A DNA stretch of 64,000 bases from a bacterium (GCA_018675685.1 JABGXP010000007.1:49283-113282), one strand, 5' to 3'. Counted from the first letter of the stretch, positions 48,520 through 60,800 are shown. Program-made: numbers and translations. The notes: generated by a model from the sequence alone, not told the origin.

Positions 48520-50697
48520 CTAATATGCTCCCTGTCCATGTCCTTGAATATAATCCTGTCTTTTTGTTGGAGCCCCGTTTTTATAATATTGCCAAGTGCC
48601 TTGTTTTTTATTATCAACATACTGTCCCTTAGCAGCAAGGGTTCCTTTGCCACATGCATCACCTGTGCAATAGTCTTCACCGGAGCCTTGTTTTACCCCC
48701 TCGTCATACATTACTTTCGAGCGAACGATGCCATTTCTGTAGGCTGTGATTAATTGATCCCATTCTCCATTTTTGAAATATCCCTCCCTTCGGATGTCCC
48801 CAGTTTTTTGATCATACTCCTTGAAAGGGCCGTGTTTTTCCCCTTCAGCGTTGTAGCAGAAATAATGATAAGCGTCATTGAAGTTGGGTTTTCGATATCT
48901 GACAGAGGGACCAGTTATTTTATTCATGTCATTTGGGTCTGTGTATTTCATAACCGAACCAATGTCATTTGTTGTGGTGAATAGCTTGGCATTCTCAGGA
49001 ATAGGGCACACAAACCATTCTGGGAAAGGAGGAATATCGACTGATGAAGTTTTTTCTTCCTCACTTTCCTCATTCTTCTTTTCCCCATCATCCTTTTCTT
49101 CTGAATCTTTTTTCTTACATTCAGCCCTGAGCTTTTTGTCGCTTATTTTATTGCAAATACTCTTGTCCTTATTCTTTTTCGCCACTGCGGCATAACATTC
49201 ATCTCGCAGAGTTTGCTTTAAAATCCTTTCTTCTTCGATTTCAACTGGGTACCTATCTTCTCCCAGGCTACTTAACATAGGGTCTATTTTTCCACATGCG
49301 TCTGCATCACCATGCTTCACTGCTATACCCGCCAAACAAATCGCTCTGTTTTCAAGACTCACAATTTTCGGGTCCATACATTTATCAGTGTCTTTATTTT
49401 TCATAGCCAGAACTAGTTGGCACATTTCTTTTAGAAATAGTTCATTAAATTGACTACACATGCTTTCATCAACTGCATCCATGTCAGTCAAAAAATGGCC
49501 ATAGCAAAGATCCCTGGAGTTTTCATTTTTAATCTTGGCACAGATTTTTTTGTCATTTTTCTGCAATGCTAACTTGACTCGACATTGTCCGCTTAGATAG
49601 TCATCTTCAACTTTATCACAATAGCTTTCATCTCCAGTTGCTATTCCAATAATAGCAACGCAAGCTTGCTTATAATCAGGGTCCTCAACCTTATCACAAA
49701 TTTTTATATCACCATTGGTACGGGCAATGTTTAACTTACATTTATCTCTCATCTCTTTATTCTCTATTTCGTCACAAGCTTCTACTGGCGCCACACCTTG
49801 ACACTCTTTGCGCATATCTTCGTCATCGATGTGCCCACAAAAAAGTCTTTGCTCCTCAAAGCTTGGAAGAGTACTTGATAGATCCCTAACACAATCACGA
49901 TATTCTTTTCCGCTAGACGCATGACATTCATCAACTAGTATTTGATAGGCATATTCATAGCAACGCTGTCTTTCAGAAGAGGCTCTAATGTATTTACAAG
50001 GTCGCATATTTCCATTAAAAACAGCCACGACACTACCGCCTGAAACTTGCGTCATATCAAGATGAGAAATTTCCTCTTTTAACTCAGTAGAGTCTCGATA
50101 CTTAGCAATCAGGGAAAGCCTGCAGGCAACAGCCTCGTCTCCTTTTAGTTCGTCACAACGCTTTGATTCAACATCAAGAATTTGCTCTATCAAATTATCC
50201 TCGATCTCCTCGCTCTTCTTATTTTCTTTCGATTCTATTTCAATTTTAGAATCCTCTTTTTTAAACTCAACAATTGGGTCCGGATTTATAATCTTACTTG
50301 GCTTTTGAGAGAAATTTATCTCATCAACATGACTAGCAAAAGATTTCGGAATTTCTACAACATAAGAATCAGACTTACCTGAAAAGTCAATTTGCATTAT
50401 TCCTTGAAATTCTCCTTTCTCCGTCTCTTTATATTCAACAGATTTGTTTATTTTGGAGTCGTCGGTAATCTCTTCTTTGTATGTATAGGAATAACCCTCA
50501 ACATTTTTTTCAATCTCTCCCCATTCTTGGTCAGGCAAGACATTCAACCAGTCAGATTTGAGATAGTCATCTAAATATGCACTTCGCTCGTTCTTAATAT
50601 TTTTTCTCACTTCAGTTTGTTCTTTTGGAGAAAAAACAAAATATAATCCAGAAAGCACTAATGTAAACCCTAGCACAAAAACGATAACTTTTTTCAT
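48520..50697 (-). CDS. Membrane-anchored Cys-rich repeat surface protein with C-terminal MORN-variant repeats
   Basis: N-terminal TM, many CxxI-x6-C units, GEKHGPFKEY/GYFKNG/GQYVDNKKQGTWQYY; likely start ATG 50697. Confidence 0.8.
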   Translation of the reverse strand: MKKVIVFVLGFTLVLSGLYFVFSPKEQTEVRKNIKNERSAYLDDYLKSDWLNVLPDQEWGEIEKNVEGYSYTYKEEITDDSKINKSVEYKETEKGEFQGIMQIDFSGKSDSYVVEIPKSFASHVDEINFSQKPSKIINPDPIVEFKKEDSKIEIESKENKKSEEIEDNLIEQILDVESKRCDELKGDEAVACRLSLIAKYRDSTELKEEISHLDMTQVSGGSVVAVFNGNMRPCKYIRASSERQRCYEYAYQILVDECHASSGKEYRDCVRDLSSTLPSFEEQRLFCGHIDDEDMRKECQGVAPVEACDEIENKEMRDKCKLNIARTNGDIKICDKVEDPDYKQACVAIIGIATGDESYCDKVEDDYLSGQCRVKLALQKNDKKICAKIKNENSRDLCYGHFLTDMDAVDESMCSQFNELFLKEMCQLVLAMKNKDTDKCMDPKIVSLENRAICLAGIAVKHGDADACGKIDPMLSSLGEDRYPVEIEEERILKQTLRDECYAAVAKKNKDKSICNKISDKKLRAECKKKDSEEKDDGEKKNEESEEEKTSSVDIPPFPEWFVCPIPENAKLFTTTNDIGSVMKYTDPNDMNKITGPSVRYRKPNFNDAYHYFCYNAEGEKHGPFKEYDQKTGDIRREGYFKNGEWDQLITAYRNGIVRSKVMYDEGVKQGSGEDYCTGDACGKGTLAAKGQYVDNKKQGTWQYYKNGAPTKRQDYIQGHGQGAY

Positions 50698-50797
50698 GTG
50701 ATCCAAATAATTATTAGCAAGACAAGAATTCTTTATTTTCATTCTAACACCTAAATTCCTAAAATTCGAACAATAAAATAAAATTGCGAAAACTTCT

Positions 50798-51970
50798 TTA
50801 TCTAGCGCCTACACTATTTAGTAATTTTTCAGAGTGAGGAGTAAAAGAAAGCTCAACTTGTTTCCAGCGAGCAGTTTCTATTAACTCTTCAATATCTTTT
50901 TTACTTGCCTCACCTTTTGCGCTTTTCTCGCAAACCCCATTGAAAGTGTTTTTAAAGTTGTTGTCTATCTTGCTTGATTGAACTGTTATTTTTTGATGAG
51001 CTAATGCTAGCGGACGACTTTCTTCGTCAACGAAAGAATCGATTAAGCCCGAACTATAAGTTAAGGCACCCTTGAATAAAGTTTTAATAGCCTCAGGGCT
51101 AGCAGGGGTTGTTTTTTGAAGATAAGCTTTTATGCGATCACTAGAATGTATTAGTAGGAGTTTTTTTAATTCTTCAATTGGTGTCGTTTCCATTTTATTC
51201 TTAAGTTTGTTTTCCCATAATCCTCCCCAAGCTTTTTTAAGAACTTCTTTGTTTTCCAGATATTTTTTTAAAGGAGAATTCGGGGGTAATTTTTTCGGGT
51301 TTATTTTACTATAAAGCCAAACACCAGACGGTTCGACAACTCCCTGTTGAACCATCTCATAGTCTAAGCCGCCTTCTTCAAAAGCTGTCTTCCAAGCATC
51401 AGCCTTGGCGCCTTCTCTTGCTGGCAAAATATCCATATCAGCTTCACTTGGTGGCAGGATAATTCCTTTCTTTTGTTTAGAGTTAACAAATCTTTCAATG
51501 GCTTCCTCTGGTTGATTTTTGCTAGTTTCCGAAAAAGAGTGCAAAGGATGGGAATGTAGATGAATTATTTTGGCTATGTTTTTGTTTTGAATCCCAAGAC
51601 TTTTTATTCCCTCGACAATTTGCTTGGGGTCAACGGAGATTTGGGCTAGTTGTCCATCTTGAATATTCTTCCAGGAGTGTTCCTTATCAGTAGATTCAAT
51701 AAAAACCCCAGCTGTTTCTACTTTGCTTTCAAAAACATCCTTTAATAATGAACTTATTCCTTCGTTCCAATCTAAGCTCTCTTTTAATTCTGATGCCTCA
51801 AGCGCTTTGGATAGTAAACTGACATCAGACAAAGCTAAACCCGCTAAGGCCCCACCTGCCATTTTGAGAAATTTTCTTCGATCTAATAATTTCTCTGTCG
51901 GCTCCTCTTCGGTTTTTGGCTTTACCTCTTCCATCTTTTTATTTCTTTTAAAGAAGTTAAATTTTTCCAT
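50798..51970 (-). CDS. Hypothetical protein with twin-arginine-like signal and JAB/MPN-like motif
   Basis: DRRKFLK plus hydrophobic stretch; ETAG..HLHSHP..PPSEAD. Confidence 0.65.
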   Translation of the reverse strand: MEKFNFFKRNKKMEEVKPKTEEEPTEKLLDRRKFLKMAGGALAGLALSDVSLLSKALEASELKESLDWNEGISSLLKDVFESKVETAGVFIESTDKEHSWKNIQDGQLAQISVDPKQIVEGIKSLGIQNKNIAKIIHLHSHPLHSFSETSKNQPEEAIERFVNSKQKKGIILPPSEADMDILPAREGAKADAWKTAFEEGGLDYEMVQQGVVEPSGVWLYSKINPKKLPPNSPLKKYLENKEVLKKAWGGLWENKLKNKMETTPIEELKKLLLIHSSDRIKAYLQKTTPASPEAIKTLFKGALTYSSGLIDSFVDEESRPLALAHQKITVQSSKIDNNFKNTFNGVCEKSAKGEASKKDIEELIETARWKQVELSFTPHSEKLLNSVGAR

Positions 51971-52205
51971 TAGTAGTTGGAATTTAAGGATAATTGTCTT
52001 TAGTATAACAGAAAAGAGTATTATTTAAGAATATTTAGCTAAACTTAAGCTAGTTGTTTTTAAATTTTTAAAACTCGAAAAATAAAAAAACTAGAAGTTC
52101 ATTTGTTTCAAACAGTAAGACTAGTATGTAAATATCCAAGTATCTTTTTATTTAGTATTTGGTATAATTTGAATAAATCATTTATTTTATTAAACATTTT
52201 TAAAA

Positions 52206-52682
52206 ATGCTGGAACAAGAACAAGTAGACTACTTAAATTTACTGATCGAAAATGAATTGGCGGTAGGCAGATTATACGAAGCTTATGCAAAAAAATCAGA
52301 ATCAAAAAGTGATTTTTGGATGAAACTCTTTGCTGAAGAGAAGGAACATGCAGAATGGATCATGCTACTTAGTGAGGAAGTCGATAGGAAGGATATGGTC
52401 TTGAAAAAGGGAAGTGTTTCGAAAACTGAAATTCAAGAATCTATTGATGAAACACAAAAAGAGCTTGATAGATTTCTAAGTAGCAAAATAAACCATATTT
52501 CACATAAAGAGCAACTGTTAGTTGCTTTGAAAAAAGAGAAAAGTTTATTGGAGAGAGAATTCTTCAGTTTTTTTGAAACAAGCAGCTCTGAGTTGAAAGT
52601 GTTGCTTGAAAAATTGAAAAAGGAAACCACTCTTCATAAAGAGAGGATTGAAGAGGAACTTGAGGGGGAGGAAAATAAATAG
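52206..52682 (+). CDS. Ferritin-like four-helix protein, copy 2
   Basis: Paralog of 47928..48407 (LLIENEL.V.RLYEAYAK, SHKE.L..ALKKE). Confidence 0.75.
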   Translation: MLEQEQVDYLNLLIENELAVGRLYEAYAKKSESKSDFWMKLFAEEKEHAEWIMLLSEEVDRKDMVLKKGSVSKTEIQESIDETQKELDRFLSSKINHISHKEQLLVALKKEKSLLEREFFSFFETSSSELKVLLEKLKKETTLHKERIEEELEGEENK

Positions 52683-52700
52683 CAATTTTTTCTGTCGAGA

Positions 52701-52727
52701 AAAAACAACGTTACAACGTTGTTTTTT
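52701..52727 (+). terminator. Terminator hairpin
   Basis: AAAAACAACGTT-AC-AACGTTGTTTTT. Confidence 0.65.
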
Positions 52728-52781
52728 GTTTGCTCTGATAGAGATGTTTTCGAATCTTAGCCTTGATAGAGGGAAAAGGAG

Positions 52782-52815
52782 TGTCATTACATATGTAAGG
52801 ACATATGTAATGATA
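52782..52815. repeat. 34-bp near-perfect inverted repeat
   Basis: TGTCATTACATAT-GTAAGGAC-ATATGTAATGATA (12/13 arm match). Confidence 0.75.
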
Positions 52816-53056
52816 TGGACTCTAAAAAGTGCCTAGAGAATCATTTTACACTAATTTTTGAAGCGCTATACAACTCTAAGGAAAACTTAGAATGAAATAA
52901 AAATTAGGCAGAATAAAATACTTATTCAAGAAGAGTGAATTTGTTTTAAAACAAGCTTTTTTTATAGGAGAATCTTTTAAATATAGGGCGAGTTTAAGTT
53001 TGTTGTTATTTGAATAAAATGCTAGAATAACAACAAATACTAGTAATAAAAATAAA

Positions 53057-53425
53057 ATGCCTAACAACAGGATATTAATTGCTGAGGATGAAAAGGCGAT
53101 TGCTAAAGCATTGAGTTTAAAATTAGAACACGTTGGTTACGAAACAACTGTTACTCATAATGGGAAAGAAGCTTTGGAGAAAATGAAAGAAAATCAATAT
53201 GACTTGTTTCTGATGGATCTAATAATGCCTATTATGGACGGCTTTGCAACATTAGAAGCTTTGAAGGCAGCAGGGAATAAAATTCCAGTGGTAGTTCTAT
53301 CCAACTTAAGCCAAGGAGACGATCTTAACAAGGCTAAGGAATTGGGAGCCAGAGATTATTTTATTAAATCCGATACTCCAATTGCGCATGTAGTGGAGTA
53401 TGTAAAACGAAATATAGGAGCTTGA
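53057..53425 (+). CDS. Single-domain response regulator (CheY-like)
   Basis: ILIAEDE, LMDLIMP, DGF, LSN, YFIK. Confidence 0.92.
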   Translation: MPNNRILIAEDEKAIAKALSLKLEHVGYETTVTHNGKEALEKMKENQYDLFLMDLIMPIMDGFATLEALKAAGNKIPVVVLSNLSQGDDLNKAKELGARDYFIKSDTPIAHVVEYVKRNIGA

Positions 53426-53456
53426 GTTTTAAGGAGCAGTTTGATTTTTTATAAAA

Positions 53457-54713
53457 ATGGAAAACAAAAACAAAAAAAATACTGAAAAAGAACTAATTAA
53501 AAAAGTTTTATTGGCTGGTAGTTATGTTACTAAAGAGGATTTAGCGTCGGCCGAAAAAGATTCTTCGCGAAATAATATTTCGATTTTAGATTATCTTTTT
53601 TCAAATGAAGTTATAACCAAAGACCTTTTTGGTCAGGCCATGGCTGAATATTATGGCATTCCCTATGCTGATTTAAACTCTCATACGCCTTCGACTGAAC
53701 AAGTGATGAAAATTCCTTTGGAATTGGCTAATCAATATAGAGCAACCTTGTTCTCAGAGAAAGAAAAAAAGATTGTTGTCGCTACAGATCAACCTTCGAA
53801 AAAAGGATTGCAAGCAGTTTTGTCGCAAAATTTTACAGGTAAGAAGATCCAAATCGCTTATTCTTTAACAGAGGACATAGACAGTGTTTTAGTTAGCTAC
53901 CGAAAGCCGCTCGAAACTCGATTTTCAAAGATAATTGAAACTGGGGAAAAAATTGCGCCAGAAATAATTGATGAAATAATCGATGATTCTTTAGCTTTTA
54001 GGGCTTCTGACATTCACTTCGAGCCACGGAAGGAGAATGTAGCAGTACGATTTAGAGTGGATGGTCTTCTAAGGGAAGCTGGGAATATCCCCTTGAAATA
54101 CTATGAAAACATCTTGAATCGAATTAAAGTTCAGGCCAAACTCCGGATTGATAATCATTTTTCTTCTCAAGACGGATCAATCAGGATGGTTAAAAAAGGT
54201 AAGGAGATTGATTTAAGGATTTCGATCGTACCAACCTTAAGAGGGGAGAAGATTGTTATTAGAGTTTTAGCTGAATATGTAAAGGGCTTTAACTTGGGGG
54301 ACTTGGGTCTTTCCTCCCAAGATCAGGCAATAATTGATAAGGGAGCTAAAAACCCCTTTGGCATGATATTAGTAACAGGGCCAACTGGAAGTGGGAAGAC
54401 AACAACTCTTTATGCATTACTCCAAAAACTAAATCGTCCTGAAGTGAATATCACTACTATCGAAGATCCTGTAGAATATCAATTAATGGGATTGAATCAA
54501 ATTCAAGTTAATAATGAAACCGGATTAACTTTTACTAAAGGACTACGGTCCATCGTTAGACAAGACCCCGATATAATTTTAGTGGGTGAAATAATCGATA
54601 AAGGGTTAGGTAAAACAGTTCACTTTAGGGCGATAAAACAATTCCTTAAAACGGTAAAGCAGGTTAGTCTAAAGAATATTTTTTTTTTCGTTAGTAGAAT
54701 CCCTACTAATTAG
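53457..54713 (+). pseudogene. pilB: PilB/GspE-family ATPase truncated at Walker B
   Basis: ASDIHFEP, VRFRVDG, GPTGSGKTTT, TIEDPVE, RQDPDIILVGEI, then unrelated sequence; His box and C-terminal domain missing. Confidence 0.75.
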
Positions 54714-54868
54714 CATAATTGTTTGATATTTATTTTTGAAAATGGTATAATCTTAGAGATTCGAGTAGGGTTTTTAAAAAACAAAAGTTCGGAAAAATAG
54801 GTATTTTTTGTAAAAAATGAAAAATAATTTAAAATAAAGATTTAAATTAATTTTCATTTCTATTTCAA

Positions 54869-57800
54869 TTGAAAAAGAATCTTTCAAGGGCAAAAATAAA
54901 AAAGTTTTCCAAAAGTTTTCTTTTTGGGAAGAAAGCTAAAGAAAAGTCTCTTCGGATAAGAGATTTTTTGAGGTTGTCTGGTTCTAAAAAAGTTAAAGAA
55001 AAAGAGACCTCAACAAGAAAACGGTTATCAGAAAAAGAAATAAAAAAGATTATTGGGAAAAAGTACTATTTTATTAAAGCAGGCTCTTTTTTCAGTTCTG
55101 GCTTGGCTTGTTTTTTGAAATCATTTTTCAAGTTTTTTAGAAAACTTTCCTTTCAAACAGTTAAAATTGCATTAATTTTAGTGCTTATCTATCTCGTGAC
55201 ACCTGGTTCTTTGGGGGCTCCCGAATCACAAACAATCACAACACGTTCTCAGTGGGAGGCTGGAACTTTAACGGAAGTTTCAACTACTAGCTCGCTGGAT
55301 GCAATTCAACTTGAAACTGCAGGAACTTGGGAGGCTCGAGCTTGGGCGCCAACACCCGATACGGTTTCTTTTGGTTCCGCCTCTGCTCTTGTCGGAGACT
55401 ATCTTTATTTAGCTAGAGGTTATGGAGACAAGGCTTTCTATCGTTATGATATAAACAGGAATGAATGGTCTTTGATAGACGACCTCCCACAACCATCTCA
55501 TTATGGTGCTGACATTTCTTACGATGGGGCAGGAAACCTATATTTTATTTTTGGAGGTTATTCAAAGGATTTTTATCGTTATAATATCGAAAACGAAGAA
55601 TGGACTCAACTTCCAGATCTTTTGGATACTGTTTATCAAGGAGCTTCAATAGAGTTTGATGGAACAGATTTTTATATACCCAGAGGTCAAGCTTCGACTG
55701 ATTTTTGGAGATTCGATGTTTCTGAAAATTCTTGGTACAACCTAGCTCCTGTTCCATCAACTGTTTATCGAGGGTCTAATATGGTTTACGGAGAAAATGG
55801 TAAAATGTATTTAAACAGGGGGTACAATCAACGAACTTTTTGGGAGTATGACATTAGCAGTAATGTTTGGACAGCCAAAACAATTACTCCAGCATCTTTT
55901 TACGGAGAGCAAAAAGGAGCTTATTATGATGGACATATCTATTATCTAAGATCTAACAACACTAATCTTTTTTATCGATATGACATTGCTGGAGATTCCT
56001 GGGAGACGTTAGAAAATACTCCGCTTACAAATAATTATTCTTCTATTAATTATAATAGTGATGATGGAAATTTCTATGTGGTTCGGGCCAATGGTCAGTA
56101 TACTCTTTGGAAATTTGACCCAGAATCTGGTTCAAATGGAGAATGGCTTGGGCCAGAAGATTTACCTGCTACTGCCAATACTGGTGCTGATTTGATTTGG
56201 AATCAAGTGACTGGAGCAGGGGCTTATATCTTTGCAGCTCGAGGGGGAGGAACAAATTTTTACCGATATGATATATCTGCCAATGGCTGGGAGACAAGGG
56301 CTAGTGCACCAGGTGCTTTGAGATATGACACCAAAGGAACTTTTCATGATGGCTATGTCTATATTCCGCAAGGAGGGAATAACACCTCTTTTTATCGATA
56401 TGATACGGTTGCAAATAGCTGGACAACTCTTGCTGCCGCACCTGCAACTTTACGCTATGGATCAAATGCTAGCTACAATACTGATGATGGTTATATTTAT
56501 GTTAACAGAGGTAATGCACAGGATGATTTTTACCGATATGATATTGCTGGAGATAGCTGGGAAATAATTGATGATATTATCACCGCCGAAGGGACTTCTT
56601 ATCGACCCTATAGTGGAGGGCGCATGATTTCAGATGGAACTGATCTTTATCTAATGCCGGGTGATGGAGAATCAGCTTTTTTGAAGTATGATACGGGCAC
56701 GAACATTTGGTCTGAACTTTCTCGTAGTCCTTTTGCTCAGTATTATGGAACTGATATGACTTATTATAATGGGAAAATCCATGCTTTAGCTGGTAACTAC
56801 AAGGATGATAATTGGGTATATGATATTGCTGAAGATAGTTGGATTAAGCTAAGAAATGTTCAAAAATATACTTACAATAGAGGGCCTTATAACGGAGCTA
56901 GCATCGAATATGCAGGAGGAAATTCTTTCTATGCTTTACCTGGTGGAGGAACGGTTGATATGTGGAGTTATACTTTATCAGCCAGTAATTATGAAGATAG
57001 TGGTACTTATGTCAGCGAAAGTATTGACCTAAGTCATGTGGATAGTTTTTCAACCTTAACTGGCGTAGAGGACGTTCCCGTTAATACTGCTATTGTTTAT
57101 CAAACTAGAAGTTCTGATGATGAGGCAACTTGGTCGGCTTGGGAAGCTTTAGGGTCCAGTAGCACAATTCAATCAGACGAACGTCGCTATCTTCAAGTTA
57201 AGATTATACTTAGTAATACTGATGGAATTAGCACTCCTACCGTGTATAGTTATTCGATTATTTATGTTAGTGAGGATGTTGACCCGCAAAATCCAGATAC
57301 AATACTAGCCTATTCCCAAAGAATTAGTGGAGATACTCTTGTTTCCGAAGTAGCGTATCGACATGCTCATCCTTATTTTTCTTGGTCTGGCGCAACTGAC
57401 TCAGGTTCTGGTGTTGCTGGATATTATGTTTATTATGGTTCTGACGAAAATGCTGATCCAGAAAGTGTTGGTGTCTTTCAAATAACTGATTCTTTCCAGG
57501 TTAATATCGGAATGACAACTGGAAATTATTATCTTCGTATTAAAACTAAAGACGAAGAAGCAAATACCGAAGATGAAACCTGGGAAGCTTTTACTTATAA
57601 TTACCAAGGAGCTTCACCGTACTTAACTGAAACAGTTACTTCACAGGAAGATTTTGAAGCTGGAAGTGCAGAGACTACAAATGTTTCAACTTCCAACGAA
57701 GTTGGATCTGTTCAATTGGAGCACACGGATGGTTTTTGGCGAGAAAGCAGACTTTCGTATCTTCCTGTTGGAATTAGATACGGTGGGGAGTTGCAATATG

Positions 57801-60800
57801 CGGAGGCTGAGAACAAGATTTATACATTCAGAGGAAATAATGCTACTAGTTTTTATGCCTATAATTTGACAACTGAAGTCTGGGAGACCCTTAGTCCAGC
57901 TCCTGAAACGGTTCGAATGGGAGGGTCGATTGTCAAGGGCCCGGATGGCTATCTGTATGGCTCAAGAGGTCAGAATACTCCGACTTTTTGGCGTTATGAC
58001 ATCGAAGACGATTCATGGGCAGTGATGGCAAGTGCTCCTAAGAATTTTTATTACGGAGCTTCTTTGAATTATGACGATGATCGTTATGTGTATGCTTTAC
58101 CTGGGAATGAAGATGCTTTTTATCGCTACGATACTCAAAGTAATCAATGGACAACACTAACTAATGCTGAATTTGATAATCCTAACGAAGGTGATGGTCA
58201 AAGAGCTTACATTGGATCCGATGGAGTATTCGATGGGGATAATACAATTTATTATCTTCAAGGTAATTATTATCCATATTTTGCTAAGTATACTATTGAA
58301 GAAGATTCAGAAGCAGGGGATGAAGCTGATACTTGGACACCACTTGAAAAGGCCCCAATTGGAATTTATTCAGGAGGAAGTTTGGCTTACCATAGTGATT
58401 CTGAGACCGTGTATATGTTGAGCGGTAATTATCGTCAGAATTTTTTCAAATATGACGTAGGTTCAGCTACTTGGTCTTCTCTTCCTGAGATTCCATCTTA
58501 TGCTGAATATGGAGCTAGCTTAGAAGTGGTTGGGGATTACATTTATGCAACTCGAGGGGCTGGTTCAACGGCTTTCTATCGTTTTAGTATTGAGGAAAAT
58601 TCCTGGGAAGTTCCTCAGCGAGGATTCTTCGGCCCGTCAACAAACGCCGGTTCAAATTATTTTGATTATCAGCGAGGGACTGAAATGGAAGAAGATGGGA
58701 GTGGAAATATCTATATTATGAGAGGTGATTATAGCGATGAATTTGGTGTTTATCATATTGAAAGTGGAGAATTTTCAAAGTTAGCTAATTTACCAGTGGG
58801 TGCTTATAATGGAGCGGCAATGGTTTATAACGAAGATGAAGGAGTTATCTACGTGACTAATGGAGCGATTAGAACTGATAGGGCTGGGACTACTCACAAC
58901 TATTTCATGAAATATACAGTCTCTACTAATGTTTGGGAAATCATAACTGCTGATAGATTCCCTTATCAAACTAATTATGGTTCATCGATGGTTTATGATG
59001 GTGATCAATATATCTATTCAACTCGTGGCTCTGGTTCTAGTGTTTGGTATCGTTATGACACACTAGCTAGTGAGGGGTCTCGATGGTCAACAGCTTTACC
59101 AACAATTTCTGGCTGGGTTCAACATTACGGAGGACAAATAATCTACAAAGATGTTTCAGGAACTGATTATATTTATTCAACTCGAGGTGGGAATACTAAT
59201 CAGTTTTATCGATATGACGTTGATGGAAATTCTTGGCTTAGAATGGCTGATGTACCAGGCAACGTTTATATTGGAGGTTCTTTGTCTGATGGAAAAGATG
59301 GATACCTTTATGCTACTAGGGGCTATAATTCAACTGATTTTTATCGCTATGATATTTCCAATAATACATGGTCGACAATTGAGGATGTTCCAGCTCAAGT
59401 TTATTATGGAGGTTCTAGTATTTTTGAAAATAATTACGTTTGGACAACAGCTGGAAGTGGAACGAATTCCTATAGGGATGGACTATATAGTTACTTAGTG
59501 TCTTCCGAAGGCAATGATGTTGGTTTTGAAAAAACTGGATCTTACCAAACAAATACTTTAGATTTAACAGATGTTTATCACTGGGCTAATTTAGAAGTTG
59601 ATTATTCGAGCCCGAATAACACTAGTTTAGTTTTTTATACTAGAAGTTCCAGTGATGAAAGTGAGTGGTCTGCATGGGATGTTGCGACTAATAAGGAAAG
59701 TCGAGGATCTGATCAATATCTTTATAACATTGTTTCGCCAGTCGCTAGATATATTCAAATCAAAGCCGAATTTAGTTCGTCTGATCAAGTCTATTCATCG
59801 TTATTGAAGGAAATAAAAGTTAACTATTATCAAGACATTGTTGCTCCAAACAATCCTTCAACAACTAGTGTTTATAGTGATAACACTAAAACTACCGAAA
59901 TTAGCACTTCAACTTGGTACTCTCATCCAAATCCTTATTTTGAATGGCCAGAAGCAGAGCAAACTGATGGTGCGAGCGATGGCATTGACGGTTCTGGTGT
60001 AGCTGGGTATTATGTTTATTTTGGAACCAATGCAGCTGAAGATCCTTTTGTGAGTGGAATGGAGCAAACTAATGTGACATACGAACCGAATGATTTAATT
60101 TCTGGCGATACCTACTATTTGAAAATTAAAACGATTGATAATGCTGGAAAGGTTTCAGCTAATTCTTATACCGCTTTTATCTATGAATATGACGCTACTG
60201 TACCAACAAACCCAACTGATACTGCGGTTACTCCAGCTGGATACACAGCAGCCGATAGTTATTCTTTTTTATGGGAAGCTGATGCAGCTGATCTCCATTC
60301 TGGTCTTAGCAAACTTCAATATCAAACTGGTGGGGACGGAGACACCTGGTATGATATCAGCGATCCAGCTACAATCTCTTTGGAACTCCCGAATCTTGAT
60401 CACGTAGACGCTGCTTATCAATCTGGAAAGAACTGGTTTTACCTTAGAACTGTAGATCAAGCTGGGAATGTTTCGACTGCTATGGAACAAGCGTATTATT
60501 TTAGTTTATCAGCTCCATCTCCCCCGAGAAATTTGACGGTAACCCCAGTTGTTTCAACTTCTAACAATTTTTCCTTTGAATGGGAGCAACCTGAATCATT
60601 CATAGGAGATGAAAGTAAATTGAAGTATTTATATTCCATCAATACACTTCCGAATGCTTATAATACTATTACAACCACTCTAACTGCTGCTGGTCCAGGT
60701 CCTTTTGCTACTCAAAAAGGTGCTAATCGGATTTATGTTGTTGCAATGGATGAGGCTGAGAATGTCGATTATGAGCTTTTTGCACATGTTGATTTTGAGG

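Noticed and set aside
54593-54868. Self-splicing intron or intein interrupting pilB
   Set aside because: No recognisable group I/II structure and no downstream pilB exon in the window.
55300-59500. Recurring TTTTATCGnTATGA-like nucleotide repeats as a possible array
   Set aside because: They encode the FYRYD kelch motif; spacing is irregular and in frame.
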